Source: a virus
DNA length: 64,000 bases
UHGV virus genome: UHGV-0101699
Reading direction: 5' to 3' (one strand)
The translations under genes and the position numbers were made by a program. The notes beneath the pieces were generated by a model. That model was not told where the DNA came from and did no database searches. It worked only from the letters and a program-made list of their open reading frames with translations. Numbering within the stretch: the stretch's first letter is position 1; each line of letters opens with the position of its first letter. Positions 57,224 through 64,000 of the stretch are shown here, piece by piece.

Positions 57224-57841
57224 TTAATGGAAGGAGAAGTTTGCGAAGACGTCCTCATCAATGAGACCTGTCTGCGATTCGATAACCTCAACTTCGTTAA
57301 AGCACTGATTTAAAATCATCAGGAGGTCAGAAACCGCCAGACGGTACTCAGTGATAGCATCACTCAAACGTTTCAGGTACGGATGTGGCAGTTCGGCGTC
57401 ACGGATGAACTTGTTAACGAAGCCTTCTAAACCGCGTATGGACAGGTCAACGTTCTTCAAGTCCTCGTAACGGCTTTCACCGAAAGTATCGCGGATCTGT
57501 TCCGCACTGTAACCTGAAATGTTATGGGTCAACTGGACGTGTTTCGCCGTCAGCTCTGCGAGCCTTTGTTCAATATCCGCAAGTTGAGCTGCGGTGTCAC
57601 TCTCAGCAACCGGAATACCTTCCGTTTGCGGCAGTCTGAACTCATGGGAATCTGCAAAACCGGGCCTCGTCGACCTTGTGATGCCGCCGAAACGAGGACG
57701 CATCTTAAATTTTGTGTGTACACGCTTCGGGAATGCTTTCGGAGTGCTATTTGCATTCGAAAAGCGTGAAGCGTTAGAAGTCACGGTAGCAAGAGCATTG
57801 CTAATGACATTCATATCTTCCAAGCAATTTTCTAAATGCAT
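57224..57841 (-). CDS. hypothetical protein, candidate cognate antitoxin/partner of the YafO-like gene
   Basis: 205-aa ORF 9 nt upstream, same strand; not YafN-like. Confidence 0.4.
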   Translation of the reverse strand: MHLENCLEDMNVISNALATVTSNASRFSNANSTPKAFPKRVHTKFKMRPRFGGITRSTRPGFADSHEFRLPQTEGIPVAESDTAAQLADIEQRLAELTAKHVQLTHNISGYSAEQIRDTFGESRYEDLKNVDLSIRGLEGFVNKFIRDAELPHPYLKRLSDAITEYRLAVSDLLMILNQCFNEVEVIESQTGLIDEDVFANFSFH

Positions 57842-57935
57842 AAAACCTCTTTACAGCTAAATGGCTCGTACCTAAGTGTACGCTCTGTTATCAAAAGCGA
57901 CAAATCAAAACGGCCCCAAACGGAGCCGTATTGTA

Positions 57936-58181
57936 TTACAGAGTGCTTGCGAAAGCAGCAAATTCTGTGTAACCGCCGATTGGAACATCGTCCAAAAACA
58001 CCTGGGGAATGGTTTCTACCGGCTTCCCAACCATGCCACTCAGCTTTTGCTTATCGATCCCGGCAGCGACAATATCGATGTACTGATATTCGCCATATCC
58101 ATGCCCCTGCAGCTGCTTCGCCAGCTCAACTGCCCGCTTACAGAAGGAGCAATTATCTCGGCCATAAATCACACACTTCAT
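57936..58181 (-). CDS. glutaredoxin (NrdC/GrxA-like)
   Basis: CSFC active site in N-terminal CVIYGRDNCSFCKRA; thioredoxin fold length. Confidence 0.7.
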   Translation of the reverse strand: MKCVIYGRDNCSFCKRAVELAKQLQGHGYGEYQYIDIVAAGIDKQKLSGMVGKPVETIPQVFLDDVPIGGYTEFAAFASTL

Positions 58182-58564
58182 TGTTTTGCCTCGTTAAATC
58201 TTTGTTTTAAGAGATATCCTTCAAGTGGCCAGATTTTAGCGACTGCGTTCTGGCGCGCAATCTTACGACCGATCTCCGGATCAAAGTTTTCCGGGCTTGC
58301 ACAAGCTGATTCACCGGTAACGATGAATCCGTTCTCCAACACCAGTACACAAAACGTCAGTAATTTAAGCGACTCAAGATCAGCGTCGCCAGCAACTGGC
58401 ACCTCTTTGCCGGCATAGGTCCCACTTGCCAGGGCGCCAGATCTGCCATCAAAGGCCGTAAAATAATGTTCGGCGCGGATAACGCTTTGGATACGTTCTG
58501 GGGTTACTCGCGCGGCCGTTTTTCCCTTGGCCACGATTTCTTTTTCGATTTCCATGTCAGTCAT
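58178..58564 (-). CDS. hypothetical protein (128 aa)
   Basis: ORF coupled to glutaredoxin. Confidence 0.5.
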   Translation of the reverse strand: MTDMEIEKEIVAKGKTAARVTPERIQSVIRAEHYFTAFDGRSGALASGTYAGKEVPVAGDADLESLKLLTFCVLVLENGFIVTGESACASPENFDPEIGRKIARQNAVAKIWPLEGYLLKQRFNEAKQ

Positions 58565-58573
58565 TTTGTTTCC

Positions 58574-59350
58574 TTACAGATAAGCTTGAAGCGCCACTTT
58601 GCATAGCTCAGAGCGCACGCAATCTTCGGCCGTGAACTCAATGAGCCCTACTTGGCGAGATGGCTGGAACCGCTGCAGGGCGTCCTCAAGACCAGATTTA
58701 ACATTACCCGGCAGGTCGCATTGCGTTACATCACCATTCACGATGACTGTTACGTTCTCACCCATCCGAGTTAGGAACATCTTCATTTGTGACGCCGTCA
58801 CGTTCTGGGCCTCATCGAGGATGACCACAGCATTTTCGAACGTGCGACCGCGCATATATGCGAAAGGTGCGATCTCGACTTTGGCCACTTCTGGTTTGAG
58901 GCAGTATTCGAGAAATGAAGCGCCCAGGCGCTTCTGGAGCACATCGTAGACGGGACGAAAGAACGGAGCGAACTTCTCGGCCATATCGCCAGGCAGGAAG
59001 CCCAAATCCTCCTCTGCCTGCAGTACGGGGCGCGTAACGATAATTCGCTCTACTTCCTTATCGAGTAATCGCTGTGCCGCGACTGCCGTCGCCAGGAAGG
59101 TTTTACCGCAGCCGGCTTCGCCAGTGGCGAACGTCAGTGCTTTGCTATCAAGGGAGATAAGATAGTGGGCCTGGGCCTCATTGCGTGCCTCTATGGGGGA
59201 AGTGTCACGCTTCGGTTTTGGGGGCAGAGCAGGGGCGGCGGTGGCCAGCTCGTCTACGATAATAGTGTCGATCTCGTATCCGAGAATACGCGATTTTGAC
59301 TTAAGCGCCTGGCGAGCTGCACGTCGCGCCTGTTTACGTTTGTTTCCCAT
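58574..59350 (-). CDS. phoH: PhoH-like ATPase
   Basis: Walker A GEAGCGKTFLA and PhoH signature; start MGNKRKQ after ACACATG-like context. Confidence 0.8.
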   Translation of the reverse strand: MGNKRKQARRAARQALKSKSRILGYEIDTIIVDELATAAPALPPKPKRDTSPIEARNEAQAHYLISLDSKALTFATGEAGCGKTFLATAVAAQRLLDKEVERIIVTRPVLQAEEDLGFLPGDMAEKFAPFFRPVYDVLQKRLGASFLEYCLKPEVAKVEIAPFAYMRGRTFENAVVILDEAQNVTASQMKMFLTRMGENVTVIVNGDVTQCDLPGNVKSGLEDALQRFQPSRQVGLIEFTAEDCVRSELCKVALQAYL

Positions 59351-59444
59351 ATTGAGTCCTTTCAAGTGAGTAACCAGACGAACTATACCTAAAAGAGAAC
59401 GCAAAAGTAAGTAAGTAGTTACATAACAACAAGAGCGCTTATGC

Positions 59445-59470
59445 AAGAAAAGGGGCCGAAGCCCCTTTGG
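59445..59470 (-). terminator. rho-independent terminator (AGGGGC-CGAA-GCCCCT then T-run on minus strand)
   Basis: Hairpin downstream of the tRNA region, upstream of phoH. Confidence 0.55.
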
Positions 59471-59621
59471 ATTTTGCGCTGAAAAAGTGTTGCTAAGATG
59501 CTAGAAGCTATGGTTAAAGAACGTCTGCCGTAATGTCTATCACAGCGTTGAGCGGTCTGGCCATGGTGACAGGCGGAGTCTTTTCGATAAGAAAAACAAA
59601 ACCAAACCGCTCAACGCTGTG

Positions 59622-59708
59622 TTGGCGGAGGATAATGGAATCGAACCATCATCGCTTTCGCAATGGGACGGTTTTCAAGACCGCTTGGGCGCCATGCCCT
59701 CTATCCTC
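59622..59708 (-). tRNA. tRNA-Ser (anticodon UGA), CCA encoded
   Basis: GGAGGAT acceptor, anticodon arm GCGGTCTTGAAAACCGT identical to E. coli tRNA-Ser(UGA), long variable arm, T-arm GGTTCGATTCC. Confidence 0.75.
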
Positions 59709-59856
59709 CGTTCGTTGTGACGCCAGATGCTTATCTTCTGGTTGCTTCAACGAGCTGCAATTCATCACAACGGTAAGGGCATTCAGGGAATCAGATCCGT
59801 CGCGAACAGCCAAAGAGCGCGCCTTCCTTGCTGTCGTCCAAATACCCTTACCGTTG

Positions 59857-59931
59857 TGGCGATGGTGGGTGGATTCGAACCACCGACCAGTTGATTAACA
59901 GTCAACCGCTCTACCACTGAGCTACACCATC
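59857..59931 (-). tRNA. tRNA-Asn (anticodon GUU), CCA encoded
   Basis: GATGGTGTAGCTCAGTGGTAGAGC D-arm, anticodon loop CTGTTAA, T-arm GGTGGTTCGAATCCACC, 7-bp acceptor. Confidence 0.85.
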
Positions 59932-60860
59932 TAAGGTTGACACCGTCAGCCTCTGTCGATTCACGGACTTGTGGGGCTGTATCGCCGATTCACCGGTGTC
60001 GTTCGCAGCAGTCCTACCGCTTTCTGCCACTTGTGCTTTACGTATTCACCAAACGCTTACAAGCCAAGATCTTCAAATACTCTCCGAGGGTTGAGGAGGG
60101 CTTTCTTTCAGATCTAATTGGATGTATGGAATCATTTAATCGTTGTGGCCACGGGGCAGTGACAACAATGGCTATAACCAGAAGGATAATGAATCCGTGA
60201 CCACAACGTTGAGACCACTGGACGGATTAATGTACTTGGCCCTACATGTCTGCCGGTTCTGCCTCTGTGATGCAAAAACCAGTGGTCTCAACGTTGCGTG
60301 CTGGCTCACCTAACCAGCCGGGTTACGTCGCCATTTTTAACCCAAAACTAAACGACATAAGTAACAGAAATGACGTAACAGGATAGACGGTCGGGCCTTT
60401 GGGAGCCGGGATGTGTTGGACATAAAACCCAACCGCCCATTCTGTTACCTCATCGGTAAGGGCACTGGTTAACCAGATGCCCTACCTGCGTTTTGCAATC
60501 ACACTCGCTTAGTGTGTCCCATTTCGGTGACGAGGCTGGAAACTGACCTCGCTGGTGTTTAGCTTTTTAGGCTACTGCCAGGTACTGATTGTCGTTTGCA
60601 GTTATCTTTAAACGTTCAAACAGTCGCGTTTCAACGAAAACAAGCCAATCATAGTTGTATCAATTTAATAAGTAAATACTTACCTATTATTTCATACGTC
60701 AGTTTGATCATTTTTTGATCAGTACTGGCTTCTCATCCTGCGTCCGTTGGATTGTGGCCGTTAAACGTTTGACTCTGATCAATCGCACTTTCTTAGATCT
60801 GTAGCAGTCACCTGTTCTACGTTGTTAATACATTTTGTCGTCTATGAACGTATAAGTGAT

Positions 60861-61277
60861 TCACACAATTTTACTTATCCATCCTTCGATAACATCATAG
60901 GCCACATAGCTTTTCGCGATAACAGTTGTCGCTATTACAAAGAACCATTTATGCTTTCCCACAAATCTTTTCACCTTTTCATATTTACTCAGTGATCCCT
61001 CGTAATACTCAATCAGAGTAATCCACTGCTGAATTTGCTCTTTATAATGATTACAAAGATTTTTATTTATTTGGGCTTGCTGCAACGACCGACTCCTAGA
61101 CAACCAACCACCAGTAACTGGTGGCTTAATTTCAGGCAGTTCAGTATCAAATTTAGTACGTTGTTGGTTAAGCCGATCAACAACAACACGAAGTTCATCT
61201 GCGGTGAGATCATTACGAGCATAAATATCTTTCAGTTGAGCTAGTGTCATATGAAGCACTCTTTTGGTTGATGACAT
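60861..61277 (-). CDS. hypothetical protein with C-terminal transmembrane anchor, in AT-rich DNA
   Basis: 138-aa ORF, low GC (about 35%). Confidence 0.45.
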   Translation of the reverse strand: MSSTKRVLHMTLAQLKDIYARNDLTADELRVVVDRLNQQRTKFDTELPEIKPPVTGGWLSRSRSLQQAQINKNLCNHYKEQIQQWITLIEYYEGSLSKYEKVKRFVGKHKWFFVIATTVIAKSYVAYDVIEGWISKIV

Positions 61278-61424
61278 TAATTATACCATCTTCAGATATG
61301 CTCTGTAGGAGTCGCCCCGTGGAGCTACAGAAATGTAAGTTACGGGCAAACTTCTTAATCAAGTCATGACAGATGATGAAGCCAAGGGCGACGCCTCCAA
61401 AAAAAGACAATACGATGTATGGAA

Positions 61425-61640
61425 TCATGAGTATTCTCCTGCTTCAATCAGTTGCTCAAGCAGCTCTCGCCCCTTATTCGTTAACTGGTAGTTCTCTGCC
61501 TTTCCTTCCGGTTCGACATTGGCCACCAGGTTCATCTGTTCGAGCTTGGCTCGTGTCTTGGGTTTCCAGTTAGCGTAGAAACATGACCATTGGCTGATTT
61601 CACGCAGGGTTTCCTTCTCTCGCTTACTCAGGACGATCAT
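61425..61640 (-). CDS. hypothetical small protein
   Basis: 71-aa ORF. Confidence 0.45.
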   Translation of the reverse strand: MIVLSKREKETLREISQWSCFYANWKPKTRAKLEQMNLVANVEPEGKAENYQLTNKGRELLEQLIEAGEYS

Positions 61641-61742
61641 CGCCAGTCTCCTTTAGCGTGTCAGTAATGTCGATGATGCGGTATACGCGGCCACGTCTTT
61701 CCATCAGCCCGCGCTTCACGTAATCGTTGATGCAGCTGAGCA

Positions 61743-63065
61743 TCATTCTTTATCTCCGACACGTTCTTCGGTATCGCGAAGGCATTTGGGCCACTTAAGC
61801 CGCGGATGACGCAGACTGCCATCTGGCGTGTACTCGTGAAAATTCACCTTAACAATACGGCCCATGTACTTGTCCTGGTTATGCCAGATCTCATCGAGGT
61901 AGCGATGTTTGATTCCAGAAGCGCGAACCTCGGTTCCATCTTCGAGGCGAATAACGATTTTGCCGAGCGTATGAGCAAAGCCGGCATCCGGATCTCCGGG
62001 TAGAAAGCCGATAATCTCCCCATCAGCTTCGTTTTCATCTTTTAGTTTCCACCAGCTGCGGGTGCGCTTGAACTCGTATACAGAATCCGGGTCTTTGCCC
62101 ATCTCTCCTTCTTCGTTATCGTCCAGACGCTTCATAAACCGCTCTACAAAGTCTTCATGGCTATAGATGATGTAGAAGGGGTGCATATGAATGTCAGTCG
62201 CGTAATCCTGGCCGCGTGTATTTCTGAACCAGGCCACCAACAGTGAAAGGCGCTGTTTCAGCTTCATACCGTTCTTCTGGTATTCGACTGTTTTAGCCTG
62301 TACGCGCCACTCTGGTAGGAAGAAATCGAAGATATGATAGGTTGCGCCAACCGCCTTCACGTTCTTCTTGCGTAGCGCTGAGACTGAATTGTTAAAAGAA
62401 CCTGCAGTACCTTCACCATCGAAAAAGATGTGTTTGTAGCCGGAGAGTTTGCCCAGCTCCAGCATGGCAGGTTTCAGGTGATCGAGAGATGTAATCGGGT
62501 TTCCGGTACGCGACAGAAAGTTAACCTCTTCCTCGTCCACGATCACTTCACAAATAACCCGAAGACCATCCAGTTTGAGGCTGCCTATCATTGGCCATCT
62601 GGCTTTGGGATTCGCCTTAAATGGGTACTTGTCGCCTTTTTCTTTATAGGCGGTGGACAGCTGCACCTCAAACTTTGGGATCGGGTTGGCGAATACCTTA
62701 TTGCATAGACTTATGCCGACGCCGGCTTTCGGGTCTTTCAGCAGGAACCGGCGAAATACGTCCTGACCGTCTGCACACATCGAAGCAACCAAAGACTCGA
62801 CCGCAGTAATGGCTGCGTTCCCCGTAAGCTCCCGGGCAGCCAGTTTCTCCAGCAGCTCTATCGCTTTCTGATCACTGGGTACGGACTTGCTAAGTGGATC
62901 GGCCACTTTGTATTTCTTCACCCCGAAACGAACAAATGGGTTCAGCATGAGTGACACCATTCTTTGTTCGAAGTCATCCATACTGGCCAACGCCTCTTTC
63001 TTGGCGTTCGTTCCCATTGTTTTAATGGCGTCCAGCTTATGTTTAAGCGCGATCAGCTTCTCCAT
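61743..63065 (-). CDS. ATP-dependent DNA ligase
   Basis: KLDGLRV adenylation motif I; downstream nucleotidyltransferase and OB-fold motifs. Confidence 0.85.
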   Translation of the reverse strand: MEKLIALKHKLDAIKTMGTNAKKEALASMDDFEQRMVSLMLNPFVRFGVKKYKVADPLSKSVPSDQKAIELLEKLAARELTGNAAITAVESLVASMCADGQDVFRRFLLKDPKAGVGISLCNKVFANPIPKFEVQLSTAYKEKGDKYPFKANPKARWPMIGSLKLDGLRVICEVIVDEEEVNFLSRTGNPITSLDHLKPAMLELGKLSGYKHIFFDGEGTAGSFNNSVSALRKKNVKAVGATYHIFDFFLPEWRVQAKTVEYQKNGMKLKQRLSLLVAWFRNTRGQDYATDIHMHPFYIIYSHEDFVERFMKRLDDNEEGEMGKDPDSVYEFKRTRSWWKLKDENEADGEIIGFLPGDPDAGFAHTLGKIVIRLEDGTEVRASGIKHRYLDEIWHNQDKYMGRIVKVNFHEYTPDGSLRHPRLKWPKCLRDTEERVGDKE

Positions 63066-63532
63066 TAGTCGGTCTTCTCCTTTAAGGTTTCTTTGATAAG
63101 TTCTGAATAAATCTCGCTGGCATCCGGCAGTCTGCCAGTTTCAGCAACGGTCGAAGATTGGCGCTTCCCTTTAATTCCACTGTAGATAGATGCACTGCCT
63201 CTCTTCGGCTGCAGAGTTCTTGCTGTTCGGTTTCTTTCCTCCACCTCTTCAATGAGCGCCGGCATATCGACGAAATACAGCGACTCACCTTGCCGGATTT
63301 CCTCCACCATCATTTTCAGCGCCTGGCATTTTCCGGCCGAAATGGCGTTCGCACAGGAGGTGAACGATGACGCCGGCAGTCGCTTCTCTTTGAAGGCAAG
63401 GATCGTGTGCTGACAGACGGTGTAGCTGCAGTACGAGGCATGTCCGTTAAGCTTCACTTCCGGGCAACGCAGCGAGTAGCCGTTGAGTCCAGAGATCGAA
63501 GGGATTTTTGATAAGTCAGTTTTGGTAGCCAT
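63065..63532 (-). CDS. hypothetical protein (155 aa)
   Basis: ORF coupled to ligase. Confidence 0.5.
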   Translation of the reverse strand: MATKTDLSKIPSISGLNGYSLRCPEVKLNGHASYCSYTVCQHTILAFKEKRLPASSFTSCANAISAGKCQALKMMVEEIRQGESLYFVDMPALIEEVEERNRTARTLQPKRGSASIYSGIKGKRQSSTVAETGRLPDASEIYSELIKETLKEKTD

Positions 63533-63607
63533 TTCTCTAAACGATAATCTTGTACTTACTAATCAGTTTAAATAACTCTGTACGGGGACACAGTACATAG
63601 TCACGGC

Positions 63608-63967
63608 TTACCAGGTGGCCCAGCCGGTCATCTTGTCACTTGCGGCTTCGTATCGATAAGGGGTTAGCAGGTCGTTTGCAGCATGAACGGCGTGGGATTT
63701 TGCTTCCTGAATCAGCATAGGCATTTCATTGGCCAAACGACTGATCTTACTTGCGTATTGCGCTAAAACCCCATCACAGACGCGGCCAGCCTCAACGATC
63801 ACGTTGATTAAATCCAGATCACTACGACACAAGTCGCAGATACGCCCATAGTCCAGCTCACGAACACGCGCTATAGCCTTGTTATAATCTCCAGACATAA
63901 TCATTTCCAACAAGCCTGGTGGTGCCACCAGATCTACATGGCGCTTTTCAACATCGGGAGAGGTCAT
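63608..63967 (-). CDS. hypothetical protein (119 aa)
   Basis: ORF. Confidence 0.5.
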   Translation of the reverse strand: MTSPDVEKRHVDLVAPPGLLEMIMSGDYNKAIARVRELDYGRICDLCRSDLDLINVIVEAGRVCDGVLAQYASKISRLANEMPMLIQEAKSHAVHAANDLLTPYRYEAASDKMTGWATW

Positions 63968-64000
63968 GACGCTGACGAAAGCCTCTCCTACTGTTTCGCA

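Noticed and set aside
54930-59931. Integrase plus tRNAs as evidence of an integrated element or attP
   Set aside because: The recombinase is 3.5 kb from the tRNAs and separated by unrelated genes. A lox-like inverted repeat sits next to it, and a plasmid replicon is present. A resolution or cyclisation role is more plausible than tRNA-targeted integration.

Overview
This 64-kb window reads as the replication, recombination and nucleotide-metabolism arm of a large enterobacterial phage. From memory it resembles the SSU5/pHCM2-type phage-plasmid family; this is not verified by any search. Genes are densely packed and almost all on the minus strand, which suggests long leftward transcription units.

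Recognisable genes include class Ia ribonucleotide reductase (nrdAB), thymidylate synthase, DHFR, glutaredoxin, a P-loop kinase and a PhoH-like ATPase. There is a DnaE-type polymerase that is split into two translationally coupled ORFs by an HNH homing-endonuclease gene. There is also a DnaQ-like 3'-5' exonuclease, RNase HI, a 5' flap endonuclease, a gp32-like SSB, ATP-dependent DNA ligase, SbcCD-like nuclease, a RuvC-like resolvase, and a RecA-like recombinase carrying a 422-aa LAGLIDADG intein in its P-loop. A CobS/CobT-like AAA+/VWA pair, two orphan DNA methyltransferases, an HD-domain (Mesh1/SpoT-like) hydrolase and an SPFH/band-7 lipoprotein are also present. Two tRNAs (Ser-UGA, Asn-GUU) sit in a hairpin-rich RNA region.

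The most striking non-phage-like element is a plasmid-type replicon on the plus strand with P1 oriR/repA/incA architecture. It has two tandem DnaA boxes, six clustered GATC sites, five 15-bp iterons, repA, and roughly nine more iterons downstream. Together with a tyrosine recombinase beside a lox-like inverted repeat and a YafO-like toxin module in an AT-rich island, this argues for a phage-plasmid lifestyle.

Two families of conserved intergenic motifs are visible. One is an early-type sigma70-like promoter followed by a leader palindrome (AAACAAATTGTTT, often with AGGAAAAACACATG at the start codon), found mainly at 3.6-15 kb. The other is a quasi-palindromic GGTAAGTACTTACC motif, at least 19 copies, in front of replication and metabolism operons.

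The left 9 kb is an early region of small unknown genes. It includes a 1.1-kb ORF-free GT-skewed stretch and duplicated non-coding elements.
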